From Candidatus Latescibacterota bacterium (GTDB lineage Bacteria > Latescibacterota > UBA2968 > UBA8231), in assembly GCA_965261395.1 (NCBI GenBank), contig OZ253462.1, forward strand, positions 5,888,001-5,952,000: DNA of 64,000 nucleotides. The letters run 5' to 3'. Below, piece by piece: positions 1-9,199 of this stretch (positions within the stretch are counted from its first letter, which is position 1; each line of letters begins with the position of its first letter). Made by a program: the position numbers and the translations under genes. A model generated the notes under the pieces. The model saw only the letters and a program-made list of their open reading frames with translations. It searched no databases and was not told where the DNA came from.

Positions 1-3000
1 ATAGCATCGCGCACCTGCGGAGTACGGTCGCAGACAGGAATAACCCCTCCGGGAATCGCCGTTATGTGTGCAGCATCACCACTACCATCCCCACCTCTGG
101 CACGGATTTCAAAGGTATACGATGTTCCGTTGGTGAGGTTAATGTCAATAATGTCGTCAACATTAGGATTGTGATCTCTATCTCCAATGGTACAACTCGT
201 CCGATTGCTTTGACCTGAACGACTACTTGAAATGATGTCCCAGTCCGGATTCCAAGTATTTCCGCCATCGTCGCTCACCCGAAATTCATATTCGGTAACA
301 GGTAGTGTAGTTGGGTCAGCATTTGTAGGAGGTTCCCAAGACAAGGTTACCTTCTCGTAACCGGGAGTTGCTGTAAAGTTCGTCGGTGCTCCTGGCGGTA
401 TAGGTGTCGTTTCAACAACGCGGACCTGTACCTGCTGACCGACTGACCAATTTAAATCTACATTGTTCCACTGATGTAGATTGTAATCAAGTGCCGAAAA
501 AGACCTAAGCAGATGCGAGTCCAGATGCAACTCAAATCCTCGTAACATCGGACTTGTTTGAATTTCAAGTCTTTTTCCCGCCACACTATAATAGAGTCTG
601 TACAAGGTGTAAGAAACACCATTCAAGACAAATGTACGAGAAGAAAGAGAGCCAAAGTTCCAGTCAGGGACCGAATGTGGGTTGTAGCCTCTTAATGCAG
701 CACCGGGGCCCGCGCCTACTGTCAACGTCAAAACGGATTCGTTAGGTGTGTTGCCCTCGGTTAATACTAGCGGCAGGTCGCTGGATTTGACGAAGGCGTA
801 GCCGGAATGGTTTGTGGGCAATCCCGGCAACGTGCCAATGTCCACGGTGACGGCGGATGTCGTGCCGGGGGTGCGGGTCACGGTGAGGGGTTCGCTTTCG
901 ACGCTACCGGAGGGAATTGTGATCGTGGTTGCACCGCCGTCAATGCTTCCATTCACAACGCTAAGCGGCAGGACGATCTCGAACGGCGCGCCGGTAGGTG
1001 CCACGGCCTTGACCTGATCCTCGCCTACCTTCTCCAAGGATACGGTAATGCTAGCGTTATTCCGTTGATTGTCGGAATCTGTCCCACCAGGTCTTCCAGC
1101 CAGGGCACCAGGCGGTACGTTGGATACTGGGGTAGAAGACAGGTCGAGCGTTGTCAGTGACAGCCCAGTAAAAATGCCATCCGACAGGCTGAGCTGTGGA
1201 TTGTTGCTCAGGTCGAGCGTAACCAGCGAAGACAATCCAGAAAAAATGTCAGCAGGCAACGTGGTCAACTGGTTGCCATTCAGGCGGAGTTCGGTCAAAC
1301 CGGTGAGTCCGTCAAAATCGCCAGTTTGCAAGGCGGTGATGTTGCTGTTATTCAGATACAGGGAGGTAATTCCAGCAAGGTGAATCTCCGTGATGTCAGC
1401 GTAGTTAGAGATGCTAGGATAGTTTAAGCGAACTACGCCGAGAATGGCGTCGCGCACTTGCGGCGTGCGCTCGCTGACTGGGGTGAGAGCTCCCGCCAAG
1501 CGACTGAATATTTCCAGCGGCAGGTCAGCAGATTTGACGAGGGTGTAGCCGGAATGGTCTGCAGGCAGCCCCGGCAAGGTGCCAATATCTACGGTGACGG
1601 CGAACGTCGTGCCGGGCGTGCGGGTCACGGTGAGGGGTTCGCTTTCTAAGCTGCCGGCGGGTATCGTGATGGTGGTTGCGCCGCCGCTGATGTTGCCGTT
1701 GGCAACGGTGAGCGGTAGCACCATTTCAAACGGCGCACCGGACGGGGCCACGGCCTTGAACTGACCTTCAGCAACCTTCTCCAGTGAGACGGTAAGGGGC
1801 AGCGGATTAATAAGGTTGTAGGTCAGGTTGAGGTATGTCAGATTGGTGAGATTACCAAACAGGCCCGCTGGTAATGAACTCAACTGGTTGTCGTTTAGGC
1901 CGAGAAAGAGCTCGGTGGGATTACCAAAGAGGCCCGCTGGTAACGAACTCAACTGGTTGTTGCCCAGCTCGATGTATGTCGGATTGGTGAGATTACCAAA
2001 GAGGCCCGCTGGTAACGAACTCAACTGGTTGTCGTGCAAGTAGAGCTCTGGCAGGTTGGTGAGATTACCAAAGAGGCCCGCTGGTAACGAACTCAACTGG
2101 GTGTCGTACAGGTAGAGCCCTTCCAGCGCGGTGAGGTTGCCGAAGAGTCCGTCTGGTAATGAACTCAACTGGTTGCCGCTTAGGTCGAGGTATTGCAGTG
2201 CGGTGAGGTTGTCAAACAGGCCCGCTGGCAACGTGCTCAACTGGGTGTCGTGCAAGTAGAGGTATTGCAGTGCGGTGAGGTTGTCAAACAGGCCCGCTGG
2301 CAGCGTGCTCAACTGGTTGCCGTTCAAGCTGAGCGTTGCCAGCGCGGTGAGGTTGTCAAACAGGCCCGCTGGCAACGAACTCAACTGGGTGTCGTTCAAG
2401 CTGAGCCCTCGCAGGTTGGTGAGGTTGTCAAACAGGCCCGTTGGCAGCGTGCTCAACTGGGTGTCGTGCAAGTTGAGCGTTTCCAGCGCGGTGAGGTTGT
2501 CAAACAGGCCCGCTGGCAACGAACTCAACTGGTTGTCGGACAAGTTGAGCCCTCGCAGGTTGGTCAGGCCATCAAAATCGCCGAGTTTCAGTGCTGTAAT
2601 GGAAATGTTCCGAGAATAAAGGCCCCCATGATTTAGGTCCAGCCTCGTAATCGTCGCAAGGTGTGCCTCGGTTATGGCACTGCACGCGCTTGTACCCGTT
2701 CTCCCCCAAATCGCGTCGCGCACCTGCGGCGTGCGTTCGCAGACCGAGATCATGCCCCCGAATTCCGTGAACACCAGCGGCAAGTCGGTGGGTTTGACGA
2801 GAGCATAGCCCTCATGGGTTGAGGGCAGCTCCGGTAATGTTCCGATATCCACGGTTACGGCGAATGTCGTGCCGGGGGTGCGGGTTATGGTGAGTGTCTC
2901 GCTTTCCACGCTGCCGGCGGGAATCGTGATGGTAGTTGCGCCGCTGCTGATGCTTCCATTCCCAATGGTTAGCGGCAGGACCATATAAAGCGGCGAACCG

Positions 3001-6000
3001 GCAGGGACCACCACCTTGAACTGACCATCCGCAACCTTCTCCAGTGAGACGATGAGAGGTAGGGGGGCACCTGGGTTGCCGGTCAGGTCGAGACTTGTCG
3101 TGTTGGCGCTGTAGTCATAGGTGTCCTCTGTTAATGGACCCAGCGGGTTGCCGAACAGTTCGAACCCTGTAAAGTCGGGGGGTTCGTCAAAAATGCCCTT
3201 AAAGAGTCCGTCTGGTAATGAACTCAACTGGTTGTCGCTTAGGTCGAGAGCAAACGTAGCTTTGTCAAAGAGTCCCTCCGGCAATGAACTTAATTGGTTG
3301 CCACTTAGGTCGAGCAACGTAACTTTGTTAAAGAGTCCGTCTGGTAATGAACTTAATTGGTTGCCGCTTAGGTCGAGAAACGTCAGGTTGGTTTGATTTT
3401 CAAAGAGTCCCTCCGGCAATGAGCTCAACTGGTTGCCACTTAGGGAGAGCAGTCTCAGGTTGGTGAGATTTTTAAAGAGTCCGTCTGGTAATGAACTCAA
3501 CTGGGTGTTGGCTATGCCGAGGGCTTCTAGGTTGATGAGATATTCAAAGATGTCCTCCGGCAATGAACTCAACTGGTTGTCGACTAGGCCGAGCCCTCTC
3601 AGGTTAGTGAGATTGTCAAAATCGCCGGGTTTCAGTTCTGTAATGCTACTACCAGACAACTCCAGCTCCGTATCCGTAATCGCTGCGAGGTGTACCTCGG
3701 TCACATTGCGACAATTGCGTACGCCCGGCACCGCGGCCACAATCGCGTCGCGCACCTGCGGGGAGCGGTCACAGACGGGGGTGTCCCCGCTGAATTCCAG
3801 CGATAAATTCGACGAGTTGCTGTTGCCGGGTAGGATGAGCGTTGTCAGATTGGTGAGATGGTCAAAATCGCTCTCCTGCAGTGAGCTCAACGGGTTGTCG
3901 AACAGGTTGAGTAGGGTCAGGTTGGCGAGCCGGTCAAAGAGGCCGTCTGGCAATGCACTCAATTGGTTGCTGTTTAGGTAGAGCCTTGTCAGATTGGTGA
4001 GTTGGTCAAAGAGGCCGTCTGGCAATGCACTCAACTGGTTGTTGTTTAGGGTGAGTACTGTCAGATTGGTGAGTTGGTCAAAGAGGCCGTCTGGCAATGC
4101 ACTCAAATCGTTGTTGCTTAGGGCGAGCTCTGTCAGATTGGTGAGCTGGTCGAAGAGGCCGTCTGGCAATGCACTCAACTGGTTGCCGTCTAGCTTGAGC
4201 TCCGTCAGATTGGTGAGCTGGTCGAAGAGGCCAGATGGCAATGCACTCAACTCGTTGTCGTCCAGGCGGAGCTCTGTCAGGTTGGTCAGGCCATCAAAAT
4301 CGCCGGGTTTCAGTTCTGTAGCGTTCCCCTGCAAACTAAACCAATTGCCTCCGAGGCTTAAGTCGCCCCCACTAGACCCAGATACATCCAGACTCGTAAT
4401 CGCCGCGAGGTGTGCCTCAGACACATAGTGGCCAAAATTGGATGTCTGGTCTGTAAATCTCCCGTTCACCATGTAGCGTACCTCTCTATCATGGAGGACG
4501 TGATTTATCTCTGGCACTGCACCTACGATAGCGTCGAGTACCTGCGGTGTGCGTTCGGTAACGGGGGTGGGTGCTCCCGGCAAGGGGCTGAATATTTCCA
4601 GCAGGAAGGATGATCTGTAGAAGCTGTAGCCGGAATGCCCCGTAGGGATACTCGTATTCGGCAACGTCTCAATGTCCACGATGACCGCAGCGGTTGTGCT
4701 GGGAATACGGGTCACGGTGAACGGCGCGCTTTCGACGCTGCCTGTGGGTATCGTGATAGTAGTTGCGCCGCCGTTGATACGCCCATTCACAACGTGGAGC
4801 GGCAGGTCCATGTCAAACGGCGCGCCGTAGGGTACAACCACCTTGAACTGACCTTCGCCAACCTTCTCCAGCCCTACGGGAAGCGGAAGAATCGGATAAA
4901 GCGAAGGATCATCACCGTGTATGTTAGTATAATAGAGGAAGTTGAGCCGGCTCAGCGAAGTGAGTCCTGCAAAAATCCCTGCTGGCAGAAGACTCTCCTC
5001 CGAAAATCCGTCCCCCAATCTTAGTTCAAGGCTTTCCAAACCGGTGAGACCATCAAGATCGTTAGATTGCAGGGGAGAGTCTGAAGCATGGATATTATTC
5101 ACAAACAACGTATTTATGGCAGCAAGGTGGGCATCAGTGATGTGTTCATAGCTAGAGACGCTCCGATCTTGGAACCTACTGACTACTTGATAAATAGATT
5201 CGCGCACCTGTGGTGAGCGTTCGCTGACTGGAGTGTTCGCCTGCGGAATATTTATTGCCTGAAGCGTCCAATCATAGGGTGAATCAATTCTATTTCCCTG
5301 CTTATCAACAGCCGAGACATAAATCGTATGCCGGAGCTGATCGAGAAGACTCGTATCATCATCACCCTTAGAAGGCAAGCCTCCCTTATAATTGAAGGTG
5401 ACGGTTGCATCTGTTTGACTGGACAAATTATGATAACTTACTACTTCATTATATCCTGTGGGAAGATTGACTCCTTCAGGCGTCTTAACGAATAAGATTA
5501 CCTGCTGAAGTCCGTCGGCATCTCGGACTCTGACTTGGACCGGCACACTCGTTGCGCCATACGAATATTGCGTTGAAGAAAGAAGTTGAACGGATGGTGC
5601 TGATCCCGCTTCAAGTGGAACACTGCTATTAAAATAGGGATTCACGGCTAAAAACTGTGCTGCGCCTGCAGACAAAGAATTTCGACCGGATCCATACCCC
5701 ATGATGTACGCATCATCGCGAAAATCGTGTTGCAAGCCGAAGGCATGTCCTAGTTCATGGGCTGCAGTGCGCCAATCCCATCTTCCATCAACGATTGCCT
5801 GTCCCCTCTGTTTAATCCCGACACCACGTCCACCGGATGATCTACTAATGTCCATAACGATTAGTTGAACGATTGAAGAGGTGTCAAACTCTCGGTTAAT
5901 CTCGTTCTGGGGACGCCCCCGGGTTTTGTAATGGCTGTCGGAGTAGTCCCCATTCACGCGATGAACGATCGGCACGCCTTGGGCATCGGTTTCAATTTGG

Positions 6001-6335
6001 AAGGTTTTGTTCCCGTATCCATGCGTCGCCATCTGCTCGCGATAGAAGGACTGGACCTCAAGAATCCCCGTTTGCATCGCCTCAACTACCTCGGGGCGCT
6101 CCGTCCGGTCTTCGGGCAAGAAGTAGAACAGCCGTACGGTGCGGGGTTCGCCGACGTCCAGAGCCGTCCGCTTGGCCGCAGGGAGGGGCTGCTCGCGCTC
6201 CCACTCCTCGAGATCAATAACTTGGCAGAAATGCGCGCTATCGGCCGGCGAGGGCGAGGCATAGGCGACCGCTAGCGGTGTGAGAAAAGAACCGAGCAAC
6301 GCCAAAAACACGAAGTGAAGAACGGGAGTTTTCAT
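1..6335 (-). CDS. Giant secreted protein, 3'-partial (>2100 aa): signal peptide + zinc metalloprotease (HELGHAFGLQH) + tandem [cap-LRR-Ig-like] modules + fibronectin type III
   Basis: Manual translation: ATG at 6333-6335 (MKTPVLHFVFLALL), AGGAG upstream. The same frame is open at 3-810 (PGAPTNFTATPGYEKVTLSWEPP FN3; ends VCDRTPQVRDA at the edge). The ORF track reports no stop-terminated ORF in this frame, consistent with run-off. LRRs of type NQLSSLPAGLFDNLT. Confidence 0.85.
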   Translation of the reverse strand, partial: MKTPVLHFVFLALLGSFLTPLAVAYASPSPADSAHFCQVIDLEEWEREQPLPAAKRTALDVGEPRTVRLFYFLPEDRTERPEVVEAMQTGILEVQSFYREQMATHGYGNKTFQIETDAQGVPIVHRVNGDYSDSHYKTRGRPQNEINREFDTSSIVQLIVMDISRSSGGRGVGIKQRGQAIVDGRWDWRTAAHELGHAFGLQHDFRDDAYIMGYGSGRNSLSAGAAQFLAVNPYFNSSVPLEAGSAPSVQLLSSTQYSYGATSVPVQVRVRDADGLQQVILFVKTPEGVNLPTGYNEVVSYHNLSSQTDATVTFNYKGGLPSKGDDDTSLLDQLRHTIYVSAVDKQGNRIDSPYDWTLQAINIPQANTPVSERSPQVRESIYQVVSRFQDRSVSSYEHITDAHLAAINTLFVNNIHASDSPLQSNDLDGLTGLESLELRLGDGFSEESLLPAGIFAGLTSLSRLNFLYYTNIHGDDPSLYPILPLPVGLEKVGEGQFKVVVPYGAPFDMDLPLHVVNGRINGGATTITIPTGSVESAPFTVTRIPSTTAAVIVDIETLPNTSIPTGHSGYSFYRSSFLLEIFSPLPGAPTPVTERTPQVLDAIVGAVPEINHVLHDREVRYMVNGRFTDQTSNFGHYVSEAHLAAITSLDVSGSSGGDLSLGGNWFSLQGNATELKPGDFDGLTNLTELRLDDNELSALPSGLFDQLTNLTELKLDGNQLSALPDGLFDQLTNLTELALSNNDLSALPDGLFDQLTNLTVLTLNNNQLSALPDGLFDQLTNLTRLYLNSNQLSALPDGLFDRLANLTLLNLFDNPLSSLQESDFDHLTNLTTLILPGNSNSSNLSLEFSGDTPVCDRSPQVRDAIVAAVPGVRNCRNVTEVHLAAITDTELELSGSSITELKPGDFDNLTNLRGLGLVDNQLSSLPEDIFEYLINLEALGIANTQLSSLPDGLFKNLTNLRLLSLSGNQLSSLPEGLFENQTNLTFLDLSGNQLSSLPDGLFNKVTLLDLSGNQLSSLPEGLFDKATFALDLSDNQLSSLPDGLFKGIFDEPPDFTGFELFGNPLGPLTEDTYDYSANTTSLDLTGNPGAPLPLIVSLEKVADGQFKVVVPAGSPLYMVLPLTIGNGSISSGATTITIPAGSVESETLTITRTPGTTFAVTVDIGTLPELPSTHEGYALVKPTDLPLVFTEFGGMISVCERTPQVRDAIWGRTGTSACSAITEAHLATITRLDLNHGGLYSRNISITALKLGDFDGLTNLRGLNLSDNQLSSLPAGLFDNLTALETLNLHDTQLSTLPTGLFDNLTNLRGLSLNDTQLSSLPAGLFDNLTALATLSLNGNQLSTLPAGLFDNLTALQYLYLHDTQLSTLPAGLFDNLTALQYLDLSGNQLSSLPDGLFGNLTALEGLYLYDTQLSSLPAGLFGNLTNLPELYLHDNQLSSLPAGLFGNLTNPTYIELGNNQLSSLPAGLFGNPTELFLGLNDNQLSSLPAGLFGNLTNLTYLNLTYNLINPLPLTVSLEKVAEGQFKAVAPSGAPFEMVLPLTVANGNISGGATTITIPAGSLESEPLTVTRTPGTTFAVTVDIGTLPGLPADHSGYTLVKSADLPLEIFSRLAGALTPVSERTPQVRDAILGVVRLNYPSISNYADITEIHLAGITSLYLNNSNITALQTGDFDGLTGLTELRLNGNQLTTLPADIFSGLSSLVTLDLSNNPQLSLSDGIFTGLSLTTLDLSSTPVSNVPPGALAGRPGGTDSDNQRNNASITVSLEKVGEDQVKAVAPTGAPFEIVLPLSVVNGSIDGGATTITIPSGSVESEPLTVTRTPGTTSAVTVDIGTLPGLPTNHSGYAFVKSSDLPLVLTEGNTPNESVLTLTVGAGPGAALRGYNPHSVPDWNFGSLSSRTFVLNGVSYTLYRLYYSVAGKRLEIQTSPMLRGFELHLDSHLLRSFSALDYNLHQWNNVDLNWSVGQQVQVRVVETTPIPPGAPTNFTATPGYEKVTLSWEPPTNADPTTLPVTEYEFRVSDDGGNTWNPDWDIISSSRSGQSNRTSCTIGDRDHNPNVDDIIDINLTNGTSYTFEIRARGGDGSGDAAHITAIPGGVIPVCDRTPQVRDA
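1830..2600 (-). repeat. Tandem ~72-bp LRR coding repeats (~11 units)
   Basis: Recurring caggcccgctggcaacg..ctcaactgg with variable intervening codons; further LRR blocks at ~3200-3630 and ~3840-4310. Confidence 0.9.
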
Positions 6336-6456
6336 CGCGTCTGGCTCCTGTAATATAGGTTTGCTTCTAGGTCGGGCCGTGCCCAAACGCGGGGCTGTCC
6401 CCGATCCCGCTTATACATTAATAAATACAGCGATACAACTACGAACGTATATATAA

Positions 6457-7425
6457 TCATTTATACAGCGCCCCTGCGGCCTTCATCTCCGCCGCAATCT
6501 CGCGCCGCAACTCGTCCGGTGCCAGCACCTCACACTCCGGCCCCCACCCGCGAATCCAAGACTTGATCTCCAAAACGTGATTGACCCGAAACGTCAGCGT
6601 GCACCGTCCGTCTTGGTCTTCCTCTTGGGCGATCACCCCCGGCCAGTCCGATTCCCGCACCCGATAGACCGCCTCCTTGGAAAACCGCATTTTCACCTCC
6701 TCCTCGCAGCCGCCCCGGACTCCCCAGGCGTGCTTGAGATACTCGTAGGGGTCAAAATCCGGCGGCTCAAAGTGGGTCTCCAACACCTCAACCCGCTCCA
6801 ACCGCTCGATCTTGAACGAGCGGTTGGCTTGGCGAAAGTGATCGAACCCATACACATAGCAGGAATAGCCAATAAAGGACGGCTCGATAAAAAAGGGATC
6901 GAACAGGCGCTCTGAACGCGTCCCAGAGACAGGATCTTGATAGGTGAGCTGCACCTGTCGCCGGTTAGCCCAAGCGCGGGTCAATCCTTCCAAGACATTC
7001 AGATACTTCGGCGCAGGCTGCCTTTGGGAAACGGTCTCCGCTGCGGACTCAACGTGCTCCCCAATCGCCTCGGGCAAAACCTCGGCCAGCTTGAGCAGGG
7101 AGGCGACCATGTGCGGATTGTGCTTATCGCTGTAGGCCGACAGCATCCGCGCCGCCAAGTACAGCGCGAGGGCCTCGTTTAAGTTCAACCGGATGCGCAG
7201 CGGATCCATGTGCCCGCCCTCCATGAGCTTCCAGACCCGGCCCTGCCGGTACACGGGCAGCCGCCCCCGCTCGGATAACTCCATCACATAGCGCCGGGCC
7301 GTCCGTTGACTTACGCCTAATAGCTGGGCGATTTCCATAGTTCCCACTCCTTTGGGCCGCCGCAGGAACAGTACTCTGATTTGTTCGAGCCGATCCGCCT
7401 TGTGGATTGCATCGGTTATGGGCAT
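6457..7425 (-). CDS. wHTH-WYL-WCX transcriptional regulator (PafB/PafC/DriD-like), copy 1
   Basis: N-terminal HTH (EIAQLLGVSQRTARRY), WYL core (LTYQ...RLFDPF...YVYGFDHFRQANRSFKIER), WCX tail (WIRGWGPECEVLAPDELR). Confidence 0.92.
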   Translation of the reverse strand: MPITDAIHKADRLEQIRVLFLRRPKGVGTMEIAQLLGVSQRTARRYVMELSERGRLPVYRQGRVWKLMEGGHMDPLRIRLNLNEALALYLAARMLSAYSDKHNPHMVASLLKLAEVLPEAIGEHVESAAETVSQRQPAPKYLNVLEGLTRAWANRRQVQLTYQDPVSGTRSERLFDPFFIEPSFIGYSCYVYGFDHFRQANRSFKIERLERVEVLETHFEPPDFDPYEYLKHAWGVRGGCEEEVKMRFSKEAVYRVRESDWPGVIAQEEDQDGRCTLTFRVNHVLEIKSWIRGWGPECEVLAPDELRREIAAEMKAAGALYK

Positions 7426-7490
7426 AACTCCAGCCTCCAGCAGATAAAGATAAGATTTAAGCAGACAGGGAATGTCCGTTGCGTTAAAAA
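7423..7490 (-). promoter_or_regulatory. Conserved operator/promoter element, copy 1
   Basis: Minus strand TTTTTAACGCAACGGACATTCCCTGTCTGCTTAAATCTTATCTTTATCTGCTGGAGGCTGGAGTTATG; homologous copies at 12653, 16337, 23293. Confidence 0.8.
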
Positions 7491-7582
7491 ATTTATTTTT
7501 TTGTGTCGCACGTCTCAGCCTTCTCCGTAGCGAATACCTATTTCAGCAGCAACAGCCGACGTACCTGTACTCCTTGCCATCC

Positions 7583-8737
7583 TCACCGATGGTCCTTTTG
7601 TTCCCCACCGAAAATAAAAGAGGCACCTAGGGTTACCGGCACATGCCGGGTTGGTAGCTCAAAAAACGGCTGATCCACTCGCAATTCGAGCTTGAAGCCG
7701 ACATCGTGGAAACGCAGTGCCTCTATTCCACCGACAGCATAGCCCCCCAGACCGTTGCCCGACTCTCCGCTAATGATATAGGTGAACCCACCGCCCACGT
7801 ACGGCGAGAAATTCTGCTTGTTGAAGAAGTGACGTCCGCCGAGTCCCAGGAAACCAAATTCAACCGATTCAATCTCTTCACCATCTATCTCTATGCGTCC
7901 GGCAACCCCAAACTCAAACCCCATAGCATAGGATGGGCGCTCGTTAGAAAACGCTATTTTGAAGCCGGGCTTGGCTCCCGAGTCCATGTCCGTGCCGAGG
8001 CCGTAGATGCCGAAGATTCCTATTTCCCCAGACACCTGGCTGGGTATCTTCCGGAGCACACGAGCCTCCTGTTCGACGACACTCTCCACGTCAACCGTGG
8101 AAGCGAGCGATTTTCGGTGGACGAGCGCATCGACCAATCGCGGCGCGGCTGGGATCATCTCTTCGATATTTCCCAACTGGAGCTGGCGCTCGATAAGGAC
8201 CGTTCCGATGGGGTTTTCCTGACTCAAGCGCACCAGAACCTTTTGACCGAGGCGATGCAAACCCACGCGATAAATACTCGCCGAGTACGGCGCACGGTAA
8301 ACGGGCTCGCCGACCGGTATGCCCTGCTTGCGCAACTCGTCACACACCAGCAGGGCCGCGGTGCGCGCGTCGGCTTCCGGGAAACCCGAATGTTCTCCAA
8401 TCAAGCAGACAGCCGGGGCAAATCTCGGCTCATCCGGCTCATCGGCCTGCGAAGACGGCGTTTCAGTTTCAGCCACAGGGGCGTCCTTCTTGGCATCGAC
8501 GCGACGGCTCATCTCCACAGGTTTCTTGGAGATCTTGGCAATCTCATCCATGATATAGACGAACACGCTGCCGTCTTGGGTCTGTATCTTCAGCAATCCG
8601 CCCGGAATCTGCTCGATGATGGTGCCGCGAACGATGCTTCCATTCTTCAAGTGAACGACATCTTCCATCTGCTGGGCGAAAGCCGGCGCGGTCCCTACAA
8701 AAGCCGTCAGGCACGCGACCAAGATAAACCGTAGCAT
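7583..8737 (-). CDS. Secreted hypothetical protein, C-terminal outer-membrane beta-barrel-like region
   Basis: Signal peptide (..APAFAQQ), DVVHLKNGSIVRGTIIEQ N-domain, amphipathic strands (FSPYVGGGF, FKLELRVD). Confidence 0.7.
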   Translation of the reverse strand: MLRFILVACLTAFVGTAPAFAQQMEDVVHLKNGSIVRGTIIEQIPGGLLKIQTQDGSVFVYIMDEIAKISKKPVEMSRRVDAKKDAPVAETETPSSQADEPDEPRFAPAVCLIGEHSGFPEADARTAALLVCDELRKQGIPVGEPVYRAPYSASIYRVGLHRLGQKVLVRLSQENPIGTVLIERQLQLGNIEEMIPAAPRLVDALVHRKSLASTVDVESVVEQEARVLRKIPSQVSGEIGIFGIYGLGTDMDSGAKPGFKIAFSNERPSYAMGFEFGVAGRIEIDGEEIESVEFGFLGLGGRHFFNKQNFSPYVGGGFTYIISGESGNGLGGYAVGGIEALRFHDVGFKLELRVDQPFFELPTRHVPVTLGASFIFGGEQKDHR

Positions 8738-8836
8738 ATCTTCCTCTTAAGGAATTCTACCACTTAAACACCTACGGCGGTGCAAGGTGTTACCTGTGCA
8801 GCGGATTTTTTTGTCGCTTTGCTCTGTTGAAAAGTC

Positions 8837-9008
8837 CTACGACAGCTCGCCGATAAGCCTGCGGATGTTGGTGTAGTTAGTCTGCATGGCTTCGAGCCGC
8901 GAGCCGCTTGCCGGCAGGAAGTGGGTGGCAATCGACAGGACGACGTCGCAGCGGTTGTCGCGTAGGTTGCGCAGGATAGTCGGGTAATCGACGTCTCCCT
9001 CGCCGATG
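8837..9008 (-). pseudogene. 3' fragment of the sugar-phosphate isomerase gene; direct repeat of 23491-23662
   Basis: 172 bp with 9 mismatches by manual alignment; similarity ends exactly at the stop codon. Confidence 0.9.
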
Positions 9009-9199
9009 TGAGACCACACCGTGGAGATCCATCTTGAGGGTTTCAAAATTTTCATAGGGAGTATGGTTGAATATCTACGCGGGTTAGGAGTATATTTTTC
9101 GAGTACGAAGCGGATTCACCACTCCCGAAGGGTGTGCCAAGGGTACGAAGCTTATACCTATCCGGCCCTCTTTCATTTATATCCTTAAGGTTATTTTTA

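Noticed and set aside
1830-4310. Constant/variable ~72-bp periodicity resembling a CRISPR array
   Set aside because: Repeats are degenerate, in frame and encode LRRs; the variable parts are homologous to each other; no cas genes are present.
554-6275. Numerous plus-strand ORFs (e.g. 2193-2636, 3433-3981) and the 62-268 minus ORF
   Set aside because: Antisense or alternate-frame shadows of the giant minus-strand LRR gene; their periodicity mirrors the LRR repeats.
7706-8734. 342-aa plus-strand ORF
   Set aside because: Fully antisense to 7583-8737, which has a signal peptide and recognisable motifs.
8837-9055. 72-aa ORF as a functional small gene
   Set aside because: It is a duplicated isomerase C-terminus fused to 16 unrelated codons; treated as a fragment.
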